A DNA stretch of 64,000 nucleotides, from the NCBI RefSeq assembly GCF_000143415.4, contig NW_003314319.1:1020365-1084364 (forward strand), read 5' to 3'. A program made the translations under genes and the position numbers. Numbering within the stretch: position 1 is the first letter of the stretch; each line of letters starts with the position of its first letter. The notes beneath the pieces were generated by a model. It was not told the origin of the DNA. It saw only the letters and a list, made by a program, of their open reading frames with translations, and did no database searches. This document shows positions 24,493 to 34,669 of the stretch, piece after piece. This DNA comes from Selaginella moellendorffii. Its lineage: Eukaryota > Plantae > Lycopodiophyta.

Positions 24493-25260
24493 TCAAACTG
24501 CTACCTCGGTTTTGCTCACAGCAGCACCACCTTTGCCAGCTCTTATCCTCGCCAGGAAACCTCTCACGAGAGCCTGCATTTTCGTCGCAGTTCCCTGGAT
24601 GTACACGGCCTGGATCCGCTTCTTACACTCGATGCGCAGAGTGAGAGGCAACCCCTGCGGTAATCCAACCCAAACGTAAGTATGAAAAGCTTGGAATAGC
24701 AGCTACTTACAGTTGGTCCGATCTTCTACAGCGTCAGCGTTTCCAGGAGCTCCTTAAAAGGGATTCCTTTGTTTGGAACTCGAAAACTCATCACCTCGTA
24801 CTCTATTCTCATGTGAGCAGAACAAAGAAGAAAACGAGATTGGGAGGAGTCCGCAAACACACCCCAAAGGGTCGCGGACTTGTAGCGCCGGCCCAGCGGG
24901 TCACCGAGGGCGTTTACAGCTTGTGCATGCCAATGTATCCCGTAGCACTGGACGATTGTTAAGTTAGTTCTACAAGGACTTGAATGTAAGTGGCTTAGGT
25001 GGGATCGGATGGTTCTTGGCTCCACAAGTTTTGATATGCTAACAGGTGCTCCGGCATGACCATAGAGTTCTCGTTCACAATACAGCATCCAGTATGACAG
25101 CCACGAACAAGTTCATGAATGTGGCTCCCGACCAAGACCAAGAAGGCGAAGAAGATAATCCCGCCCTCTACAATCATCGGCGAGTAGTGTTTTACCGTTG
25201 GTGCAGGCCGGTGCATCCTTCATAAGGCAAGACCAGTTATCAAGAGTTGTAACCTGTAAA
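24493..25260 (-). pseudogene. Degenerate multi-exon gene with a C-terminal IQ calmodulin-binding motif
   Basis: Last exon (about 24655-24493) encodes ATKMQALVRGFLARIR, an IQxxxRGxxxR-type motif. The preceding exon has an in-frame TAG at 24726. Confidence 0.5.
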
Positions 25261-25500
25261 AGGAAAGCGAAACTGAAAGTGATAGAAAAGCAAGCCTTTA
25301 CCTGAAACACTACGATGAAAGCGAGCCATCAGTCTAGCGAGTGACGTTCACAACAGGGAACATGCTGTCTACACTATTCGTCTGCATCCTATCAAACGGT
25401 TGCAACGGATCTAGTACCGAGGCAGACACCATCATCTCCTGCAGCAAGCCAAAGATATCATGCCCCAAGAGCTGCTTGAATGCTCCAAGCCCATTTGCTT

Positions 25501-27660
25501 TCAAGATGACTTGATTCCCCCGAGGCATGTCAAGCCAAGACTTCCAAGACTCAAACAGTCTCGGGTTCTTGTCCGCTGCTTCTCCCATAATTTCCGTTTT
25601 GAGCCTCCTGTTTTTGCTTGGGCCTCGCTCTCCAGCACAGCCTCAAGCACCTTGCTCTTCGTTTGTCCACGCACAGCTTGCTCCACACGGTGAGGATCCA
25701 CCAAAGTCACCTTGTCACCATCCCCGAGTACGTTCATGTGAAGGCTCAGAAATGGGCCGGTGTTGGGCAGCCCACAAAAGGCAGGAGACTCCTTGGCCAG
25801 ATCAATGAGGCCATAGTCTGAATCTTTGGCCTTCACCTGATTGTGCACCTTCACAGTCCCCTCCGCATCAGCAATGAAATGGTCAACACCCCACGTATTG
25901 TCGTCAGCTACTACGGCACATCTTCTTTCAGAAGCCGCCCGCAAGTCTTGCTGCGACAACTCGTGGCTCTTCTTGTGAATCTTGTGGAACGAGGTTATGC
26001 AAAGCTTAGAAGCCGCTACTTGTTGCACCTCGTTGGTCAGGAACTTGATCCCATTCCCCTCAACCTTCTGCTTCTTCTGACATATGAACTCGTAATGGTT
26101 GTCCTGCTCACGAGCAAGCCGCAACAATGACTTTCCCACAAGTTCCTCCACGAACTCATCGACTGTGCACCAGCTCCTCCTGGCTTTCATGCTCGCCTTG
26201 TCAAGAGCTCGCAGCATGATAATCCTGGCTACAAGCTCGCCTCTGTACCCCTTGGACACCCATCCACTCTTGAAAGCCATTGCGAGCGGGAAGTAAAGCT
26301 CCCTGTTCCTTTGCCGCCTGTCCAACTCTCGCATAATATCTGCTGCAGCGCCTGCAAGAATTGGTTCCATAGGCCAGCCTGCCCACAGGCACTCCCGAGT
26401 CTCGTTCACCTTGATTACTGTCATCAGGTAGCTTGCCACCAGTGTGGAAACCACAGCACAGTGTGGATCAATATGGATGGCGCACCTTGAACCCACCACA
26501 GCTAGTGCCGCCTCCTCTTTGAGGCGGCTATCTTGTGAACTGGGGGAGAGAGCATACTTGGACCAGCCTCCTCTTCCACCCAGTAGCTTGTCACGGGCGA
26601 GGTTGAAAACATTCGTCAGGGCCCTAGCGCTTGAATATCGCTCCAGGCCACCCCTGAACGTCGACCACCACAGGGGTCTACCGTACCTCAGAGGCCAATA
26701 TTCAGACAAAACGTCATCTTCGGGAATGTCATGCTGCCTGCAGATAGTGTTCCAATCTACTATGCCATGATCCGCCCAGAAACAGGCCCAGATTGGAGTA
26801 GCCAGCCTCAGATTCGTACCCGGCAGACGGTCAGAGGGGTCCATCCATATTTCCCCAGCGAAGTTTCCTATCTTGGCCGTGTCAGCAAAGAGCGCAAGAA
26901 CCCCGTCACCTTGCCTAAATGCGGAAGTGGCTCTTCGCAGGGGCAAGAACACATTCTTATCAAGCAGCTCCGGTACTAGGATCCTTGCCTCGTCAAAGAC
27001 GAAGAGTACCTTCAACTTGTTGCTGCCTGGTGAAAACCTTTCCAACTTCTCCACCACTGGTTCCATTCGACGGGCAGCCCGCTCTTCCCAATCTTTCCAG
27101 CACTCCCCGCTGGTGTCGCCTTTGGATTGATAAAGGCCCTCACCAACATACACCGGTAGCAGCTGCTCCACTCTCACTTTGACAGCGTCCCAGAACCGGA
27201 TGCCTTGCTCTGGATAAGGAAAGCTAGCCTTGCCGTCCTCGTCCGTATCCCCACTTCTATACAGGATCTTGACAAATTTTTCCGGTGTTAGCGATGGAGC
27301 CACTATGAGGAACTCTTCCAGGACCGCCTCGAAGTAGGCCAGGCAGAATGCCATGCAAGATAGCTGCCCCTCCTTTTCTGAACTAATAACTGAGTTCACT
27401 CTCTCTAGAAACCACGCGGCTATCGGAGAACGTCTGGGATATCCTGTCCCCTGCGCAAATGAGCAATACACTACCCAAACATCCTCCCTACACAGCTCAC
27501 AAATGGTCCTCGATTTTCCCCATCCGCTCGACTGGAAGATCGATACGATGCGGCAAAAAGTTGCCTGCTCCAGTGCCTCACTCAGAAGATCGAGCAAACT
27601 GGTAACCATCTCCGGACGGCGGAGGTCCATCTCGAACGCACGCGACGCCACACCCCACAT
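25501..27660 (-). CDS. Crinkler/RHS (CR)-type P-loop NTPase fused to a PD-(D/E)xK-like nuclease; intronless, C-terminus possibly frameshifted (alternative frame ends at 25334)
   Basis: Walker A QSSGWGKSR, Walker B VLFVFDEA, YGRPLW, MEPILA, KGYRGELVARIIML, and C-terminal GVDHFI...HNQVK. This motif series is typical of fungal/oomycete CR-ATPase-REase proteins. Confidence 0.72.
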   Translation of the reverse strand: MWGVASRAFEMDLRRPEMVTSLLDLLSEALEQATFCRIVSIFQSSGWGKSRTICELCREDVWVVYCSFAQGTGYPRRSPIAAWFLERVNSVISSEKEGQLSCMAFCLAYFEAVLEEFLIVAPSLTPEKFVKILYRSGDTDEDGKASFPYPEQGIRFWDAVKVRVEQLLPVYVGEGLYQSKGDTSGECWKDWEERAARRMEPVVEKLERFSPGSNKLKVLFVFDEARILVPELLDKNVFLPLRRATSAFRQGDGVLALFADTAKIGNFAGEIWMDPSDRLPGTNLRLATPIWACFWADHGIVDWNTICRQHDIPEDDVLSEYWPLRYGRPLWWSTFRGGLERYSSARALTNVFNLARDKLLGGRGGWSKYALSPSSQDSRLKEEAALAVVGSRCAIHIDPHCAVVSTLVASYLMTVIKVNETRECLWAGWPMEPILAGAAADIMRELDRRQRNRELYFPLAMAFKSGWVSKGYRGELVARIIMLRALDKASMKARRSWCTVDEFVEELVGKSLLRLAREQDNHYEFICQKKQKVEGNGIKFLTNEVQQVAASKLCITSFHKIHKKSHELSQQDLRAASERRCAVVADDNTWGVDHFIADAEGTVKVHNQVKAKDSDYGLIDLAKESPAFCGLPNTGPFLSLHMNVLGDGDKVTLVDPHRVEQAVRGQTKSKVLEAVLESEAQAKTGGSKRKLWEKQRTRTRDCLSLGSLGLTCLGGIKSS

Positions 27661-28233
27661 GGCCGCTCGTTCTCAAATGCTTCCTGGAAAAAAAAAACTG
27701 TTTTTTCACAATCTCGGAGCCTTATACCCTACTGCGTGAATTAAAGGATTCCATTTGTTGGCAAGCTTATAAAGACATTCCGTGGAACTGATTTGGCAGG
27801 GACGACCGCTGCACTGCTAGAAAGTGGCCGCTTACAATGGAATCTCCATGAAGGACTCCAAACGGAAATTCATCAAGAAAAAAGAGAAAAGAAATTCATC
27901 AAGAGTCTGGTTGTTCTATCTTAACCTTCGCAAATGCAGTGCATCGTAAACTCTGGACGATCTTTACAGCTGGGAGTAAGACATAAGTGATCCCGAAGTT
28001 TGAACAAGCTCTCTTGATCAAAGATCCCTCCTGCCGGGCTCACACGGTCTGGGGCGGGTACGAGAGCACCTTTAGCATCATCCAAGATGTCCCGACGGCA
28101 AGAGCACTCCCGCCAAGGGTTCTCTCCATTTTTCTCATGCATATTCCCTACAAGGGTATGGTTGGGTATGAATCATGTGTCGGTTCCTCCATTTTTACGT
28201 CCTTTCCATTTTTTCTTGTAGAGCATTTCATTA

Positions 28234-29505
28234 TTACTTGGAAGTGTCCAGAAAAACACACGAAAAAACAGACACTGGAAAACTACAACCAGCCGAATGA
28301 AAAGTCCACTCCTTCTTGCCGATACTGTAGCTTACCAGGTTTTCCACCATGCCCTCCTCGCTAAGCAATACCGCCCACAAAGTGTCGCCACCATCGCAGC
28401 AAAACCCATTTCTCCGTCCCCTAGTCACCACCGGGCACTTGGTCTCCATCACCCATTCGTTACTCTCGGGCACAAAGCGCCACACTCCCACGGTGTACGG
28501 CGGCAGCAGCAACAGCACACAGCCAAAGTACTCCTTGTCCGGGCATATCACGTCCATCACAAAGAGCTGACCACCGCAGTAAACCATCGCTCCCACTCCC
28601 ACAAAGCTGGGAATGTCAACGGGCCACCTTGGTCGAGCCACAGTCGTTGACTGATCGCACAGGGAGTAAGACACAAGCCAGATCTCGATCACTCCGCCGT
28701 GAAAAAGGGGGATGTTGTAGTAGAGCGTGTCGCCGCCAACCATAAAGTCAACGCCGCGAACGCCATGCCTGTAATCGGCGATCGGTTTCCACGTTGACCA
28801 CTGACCTGCGTCGTAGACCACAACTTTGCCGTCCCCCAGGGCGTTGACGCTGATGATCTGGTAGCCTCCGCGTGGCCGCGTGGCAAGGGCGTGGATTGGA
28901 TTTGCCGCCGTGGAGTGCCACCTAAACGGGAACACCACATCATCCCACATACCGGTCAACGGGTTGCCTACCACCAGCCTGCCCGGGCAGTCGGTCGTCG
29001 CGCACACGAGTCCACCGGCTGCCCCAACAAAGCACGAGGATTCGGGCAGAGAGCAAGATTCGGGCAGCCCTGCCCAGCGCCTGTCCCGCGTGTCATACGC
29101 GATGAGCTGGACGGAACCCCTGGCCCTGAGCACCAGCAACGTGGCAGGGACACGGGGGCAGTAGGCGGACAGCGTGGCAGTCCACGCCCTGGACACCGCC
29201 TGGCCTGTCATGAGCGACGAGAGGGGGAGCCTCTCGAGCACTGATTCCTGGATTTCTCCCGGCAGCCCTAGCCATGAATCGAGCTTGCGGTGATCTTGGT
29301 GCTGGATCGTTACCCGGGGTGGTCGCGGGTGAGACTTGCAATGGCCCGAGCAGCCCGGCGGCGGTGGAAGATCTGGCGGCGGCAGGGGCTTTGGGCGCCA
29401 GCAGAGGGCCGGCGGCGATGGATCGTTGATGGGCGGCGGCTCCGATCGTTGTGGCTCTTGTCGCGCCGGGCGCCTCCAGATGAGTCGAAGGGGCTCGCGG
29501 GCCAT
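28234..29505 (-). CDS. Intronless F-box protein with kelch-like C-terminus
   Basis: F-box WLGLPGEIQESVLERLPLSSL...AVSRAW; VGAAGGLVC and VVGNPLTGMW motifs. Telo-box-like repeats lie just upstream (29507-29522). Confidence 0.85.
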   Translation of the reverse strand: MAREPLRLIWRRPARQEPQRSEPPPINDPSPPALCWRPKPLPPPDLPPPPGCSGHCKSHPRPPRVTIQHQDHRKLDSWLGLPGEIQESVLERLPLSSLMTGQAVSRAWTATLSAYCPRVPATLLVLRARGSVQLIAYDTRDRRWAGLPESCSLPESSCFVGAAGGLVCATTDCPGRLVVGNPLTGMWDDVVFPFRWHSTAANPIHALATRPRGGYQIISVNALGDGKVVVYDAGQWSTWKPIADYRHGVRGVDFMVGGDTLYYNIPLFHGGVIEIWLVSYSLCDQSTTVARPRWPVDIPSFVGVGAMVYCGGQLFVMDVICPDKEYFGCVLLLLPPYTVGVWRFVPESNEWVMETKCPVVTRGRRNGFCCDGGDTLWAVLLSEEGMVENLVSYSIGKKEWTFHSAGCSFPVSVFSCVFLDTSK

Positions 29506-29649
29506 GACCCTAAAAACCCTAGCTCAACACGGAGTACCAAAAGTTTAAATAGGAAAATGGAGGGAAAACGGCATTCCCGCCTCGTTATGGATTTTCCAGA
29601 ATAACCTTCTCTTTTCTTTTTACCCATGTTTTCTTAGAGGTAAACCAAC

Positions 29650-29729
29650 CAGGACTTTTATCCAAAATCTTTTGCTCAGGACCCAAACATACGTTTCGGG
29701 TTCGAGTCTTGTCGATAATACTTGTAAAT
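29650..29729 (+). repeat. Dispersed repeat shared with 62920-63064
   Basis: aggacttttat.caaaa, acgtttcgggttcga and ttgtaaat occur in the same order at both sites. Confidence 0.65.
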
Positions 29730-30241
29730 GGAGCTCATGTAAGCTCGAGATGATCCTGGAGAGGTAGCAAAGAGACGACTGTGATCACAGGAACGTTGAT
29801 GTTAGAGAACCGAAGACTTGTTGACAATCACCTGGACGACGCAATTGGACATAGAATCAAACACATGTTGTTTTGCGAACGTATGAATCGTGTCACATTA
29901 TTCATGGGATAAAGAGTGTTTCGTCCTAGCTCTACGCACAAACAAGAGATTGATTTGGACCGAGCGCCAAAGATTCTCTCTTATTCTTTTTTTATTATCC
30001 GAGAGCGCTCGAGCTACCTAGTCAGATTTTTCTCTTTCTTGGAAGCGTAGCGTGTCTTCCTTTAGTTCCTCCTGGATAAGCAAAGATAAGCGATGCCTTT
30101 AGCGCACTTAAAAGAAAGATGCCCCTGGTAGTTAACTGCAGTTATGTTAAGCATTGGTTATTAGGGTCTCCTTCCCCTCACGCTCGATCGATCCTTCTCT
30201 CTTCGCGATCTGCGATCTGGGAGGAATTCTGGAGCTCTGGG

Positions 30242-30790
30242 ATGGGCGAGGCGGCGGCGGGCGGCGGCGGCGGCTTCTCGGTGGAGCTCACGGGCCCCAG
30301 AATCTACAGCTGCTCCAATTGCCGGAGCCACATCGCCGATCACGACGACATCATCTCCAAGGCATTCCAGGTGAGGCCGATCGATCGATCCATCTCATGC
30401 CCGAGATCCTATTCTCCTCTTTCCTTATCCGGATCTCTCGTCCTCCTCCCAACTCCAAATATTTCGCTCCAATCTCGCCGATCCTCCCCATTTCCTCGCT
30501 GCCATTGCCTCGATTTGTGTTGATCGAGCCTCTCCACTCCACTCATCCTTGCGAATTTCCAGGGAAGAAACGGTAGAGCTTATCTCTTCTCCCACGTCGT
30601 CAACACAAGCGTCGGCCAGAAAGAGGACAGGCATCTCATGACTGGGCTTCACACAGTGGCCGATATTTTCTGCCAACAGTGCCAGGAAATCCTTGGCTGG
30701 AAGTACGAGCGCGCCTACGAGGAATCCCAGAAATACAAGGAGGGCAAATTCATCCTCGAGAAGGCCAAGGTCATGAAGGAAGATTGGTGA
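30242..30790 (+). CDS. YPEL: Yippee-like zinc-binding protein (exons 30242-30370, 30563-30790)
   Basis: YSCSNCRSH...DIISKAFQ|GRNGRAYLF...[15 protein letters not shown]...[22 protein letters not shown]. Confidence 0.95.
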
Positions 30791-30897
30791 GAGATCAACG
30801 CAATCGCAGCGTTCGATCCACTCCAGCCCACTCCATTTGTGTATACGCCCACTGCTGCCGCGTGGATTTCCACTCTTCTGTACAAACACACACACAC

Positions 30898-32754
30898 ATG
30901 ATTGAATTTGCTCGGGCACTCGATGCCCACTGTGATTGCTCCTCCCGAGAGCTCGCCGCCGCGATCAGATCGAGCAAAAACTCGCGCGACCTCGAGCGCG
31001 CCCACTCGAAGATCCTCGCGAGCGCCCACAAGCACGATCGCTACCTCGCCAATCTCCTCATCCAGATGTATGGGCGCTGCGGTGACCTAATCTCGGCGCG
31101 GGCGGTGTTCGATTCCATCCACGCACCGAATGTTTTCTCGTGGACGCTCCTCCTGGCCGCCTACGCGGATGCCGGGCATCTTTTGGACGCCGCCGCCGTG
31201 TTTGATGCCATGCCCGAGCGCTGCGCCGTGACGTGGAACACGATGCTAGCGGCATATTCCAGATGCCAGGGTACTCGCGAGGCGGCGGCATTGCTCGCGA
31301 ATATGCCCGAGCCGGATGTTGTCTCTTGGACTACTTTGCTCACAGCATATGCCAGTGTTGGGCATTTTGAGCAGGTGAAAAGAGTGTTTGATAGAATGCC
31401 GTGTTGGAACTCGCAGTCGTGGAATGTTATGATTGGAGCATGCGCTAAAAGCGGGAATCGTGACGCTGCTGAAAGAATATTTTGCGAGATGCCTTTTCCG
31501 GATATCGTCTCGTGGAACCACCTTCTATTTGCGACTGCTCAGAATGGGCATTTTGACAATACAAAGAACGTGTTTAAAACTATGCCATTGCATGACATTG
31601 CTTCTTGGACGACAGTTGCAGGCATGTATTTTCAGCACGCCAACTTTGTAGAATCTAAAGAAGTCTTAGACGAGATGCCAGAATGGAACATTGTTGTGTG
31701 GAACTCTTTCTTTTCAGCAAATGCCAAAAGCGGGCATTGTGAAAGTATAAAGAGGCTATTTGATTCATTGCCAGAGCGTGACATCTTCTCTTGGAATTCG
31801 ATGCTTGCAGCGTACGCGCAGACCTCACAGCCCCGGAATGCTCGCGAGATCTTCGAATCCATGCCCGAGCATGACACGATCTCCTGGAACACGATGATCG
31901 CCGCCTACAGCCACGATCACTCCCACCTCGAGGATGCCCGCAGCCTCTTCGATCAAATGCCGGCGTGGGACATCGTCTCCTGGAACTCGATGATCGCAGC
32001 CTACGCTCGCAATGGGCGAGGCGACGAAGCCCTCAGCTTCTTCGCGGGAATCGATCACCCGGGAGCTCGCAGCGAGGCCACATTCGTGAGCGCGCTGGAC
32101 GCCTGCGCTGATCTTACAGCGCTAGGCAGCGGCGCCGCCATCCATGCCCAGATCGCTAGCGGCGCTGGATCCAATTCCACGCCTCTGACCAACGCGCTCA
32201 TCCACATGTATGGCAAATGCGGCAGCCTCGATCGCGCAATCGCGGTCTTCCAGAAGATGTGGCTCCACAACGAGATCTCGTGGAGCTCCATGATCTCGGC
32301 GCTGGATCAAAACGGGGAATCCGCGAGGGCGGTGGCGATGCTGCCGATCATCAGCCTCGAGGGCGCGCTGGCCAACGAGATCACCTTCACGGCCATCCTC
32401 ACGGCGTGCTCGCATCTCGGGATGATCGAGCCGGCCTTCCAGTGCTTCGTGTCGCTAGGGCAAGACTATGGCGTGGAGCACAGAATGGAGCACTACTCTT
32501 GCATCGTGGACCTCCTTGGACGGTCGGGATGGCTACCCGAGGCCGAGGAGCTCATCCTAGCCATGCCGTACGAGCCGGATCCCATGACCGTGGCCAGCCT
32601 GCTCGGCGCCTGCAAGCTCCAGGGAGACGCTCAATGTGGCGGGAGGGCTGTACGGCGGCACCACAAACACATGGCAACCTCTGGACCGTTGGTGCTGGCT
32701 AGTGAGCTGGCAATTGACGTGTCTCCACGTAATTGTACACGGTGTACAGCTTAG
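30898..32754 (+). CDS. PLS-class PPR protein with E-domain remnant, no DYW
   Basis: Repeated MPExDxVSWNxMxAAY motifs, LIHMYGKCG, EHYSCIVDLLGRSG. Intronless. Confidence 0.92.
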   Translation: MIEFARALDAHCDCSSRELAAAIRSSKNSRDLERAHSKILASAHKHDRYLANLLIQMYGRCGDLISARAVFDSIHAPNVFSWTLLLAAYADAGHLLDAAAVFDAMPERCAVTWNTMLAAYSRCQGTREAAALLANMPEPDVVSWTTLLTAYASVGHFEQVKRVFDRMPCWNSQSWNVMIGACAKSGNRDAAERIFCEMPFPDIVSWNHLLFATAQNGHFDNTKNVFKTMPLHDIASWTTVAGMYFQHANFVESKEVLDEMPEWNIVVWNSFFSANAKSGHCESIKRLFDSLPERDIFSWNSMLAAYAQTSQPRNAREIFESMPEHDTISWNTMIAAYSHDHSHLEDARSLFDQMPAWDIVSWNSMIAAYARNGRGDEALSFFAGIDHPGARSEATFVSALDACADLTALGSGAAIHAQIASGAGSNSTPLTNALIHMYGKCGSLDRAIAVFQKMWLHNEISWSSMISALDQNGESARAVAMLPIISLEGALANEITFTAILTACSHLGMIEPAFQCFVSLGQDYGVEHRMEHYSCIVDLLGRSGWLPEAEELILAMPYEPDPMTVASLLGACKLQGDAQCGGRAVRRHHKHMATSGPLVLASELAIDVSPRNCTRCTA

Positions 32755-33458
32755 GGAATTAGGGTTCTTAAAGTCAAAAGTCTCCTTGCGCGGGAGCTCT
32801 CTAGGGCGCCGAGGGAGGGTCATCGCCATCGATCGATCGGCAGAGCGGCATTCTTGGCGGCAACGCGCTGATCTTTCAGGTACAATTGATTCTTTCAGGC
32901 TCCTTTTTGTGTACAAACAGTTTGTGCTGGAGAAGGAAGTGAAAATAGAGGGCCAGCATTGAGAGAAAGAGAGAGGAGCGGCCAGTGATATCCGCGAGGA
33001 AATCTGGATGAGAAACTTAGATCAAGGTAGAGGATTTACGAAATATCGTGTTTTTTTTCCTGAAACCTTTGAATGGTTTTTTAGGAGGCAACTTCTATGC
33101 CGAGAAGACAGTGCGGGTGTTCTTGCAAAGGTACCCAAACTCTTCCTTATGATTGATTCCTTTGTACGCAGCAAATTTACCGGTTTTGGGATTGTTTCCT
33201 GGCATGTTTCCTGTCGTGCTTGCCTCTTCAACTCATAGTTCTTCTTGCTTGAAACACTATCGTTGCGTTTAAGATGTGAAGTACAAAATTAGCAGAGTTT
33301 CTGATCGATGGACTGTGTGATCAAACTCAAGTGACTTGCGTGTCGTTTATATGCTTCTCTCTGTTGTGTCTTAGTCGTACAGTGGTATGTCATATAGTAT
33401 ATCGATCTTTTTTAACAATTTTTTTTTTCCAACTTTGCATCACTTCGTTAGATGGTCT

Positions 33459-34669
33459 TCAGGCGATGGCTGTTGGAGTTGTTCCGGGCCAGAACTGTTG
33501 CAAATGCTGTTGCTGCTGCTGCTGCTGCTGATGGTTTTCTTCCTCGTCATCGACGTCCAAGCTCCTGGTGCTTGATCCCTTGAGGACAATCGGTGCGTGA
33601 TTGTTATTGCTGTTATTTCCCTGGCTCCCTCCTGTCGATACAGAAACAAGGGGCGGTGGGGAGGAGGTGCCACAAAAGTCCTCCTTGCAGGTTCCTCGGT
33701 AGTGGTGAGGAATGTAAGTTCCTGTAGAGCTCTGGATTTCTCCTCCAAGAGCGGAAGTGGCCGACATGGGAACAGGGAACACGACTTGCTCGTAAACCGC
33801 AGAGGGATTTTGCTGCTGCTGCTGCTGCTGCTGTTGCAACGATGCCACGCACTTCGAGAGCTGCATCTGTACGTTCATGAGCTCGCCTTGTAAGCTGGCC
33901 ACCTGAGCGACAACAACAAGAACAATCGGAAAGAAGCCGAAGAAGAACAAAACTATAAAGAGGAAGGGGAGTATGGGAAAAAGAAAGACCGTCACACAAA
34001 GAGAGCTTCGATTGGGACCTCTTGCTGGACAGAATAGACAAGGTTATTTCACAGTCAGTACAGGTGCAAGTATATCTGCAAGGAAGATATTCGTAACGGA
34101 ATTGGGAGAGAGAGCAGCAAGAAAATAGAAAGGACAGAATGATTGGTCAAAGATCTCAGCACTCGATCGCCGCTCTCGGGATCAACTCGAGATGAATTTG
34201 TTTCGAGATAAGGCAAGGCAAAAAGAAGTTTTGGCTCTACTGGCGGGTCAAGCAGACTTGGACTTCGTGATGGACAAGTATTGTTCGTGCATTGGGAATT
34301 GAAGTGAAGATCGCAGATGAAAGAGGAAGCCAAGGAAAAAGTTTGTATGATGGAGAAGGTGATGCAAAGATGGGAAGTGATCGAGGTTCTTACCTGGTGC
34401 TGGAGAGCAACAATTGTGGCGACACAGCCATAGACAGGATCAGAAAGACGGGCCTGTGCTTCATAGGAGATCGTCAACACCGCATCGCTCCGCTTGGCTA
34501 CGGGGATATGATGCAGCAGCTTGGTCACGTTGCTGGCTCCAAAGATTTTGTGCACCGCTGCGAAGCGTGCAGCGCCCTGCTCCGAGTTGAAGTGTGGTGC
34601 AAAGATGCAATTGTTGACGCACTTCCTTCGCAGGAACTTGCAAGCACCGCAGGGGGCCCCGTTGCTCAT
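33459..34669 (-). CDS. LBD: LOB-domain transcription factor, class I (exons 34669-34394, 33902-33459)
   Basis: [12 protein letters not shown]...[24 protein letters not shown], leucine zipper and poly-Q tail. Confidence 0.95.
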
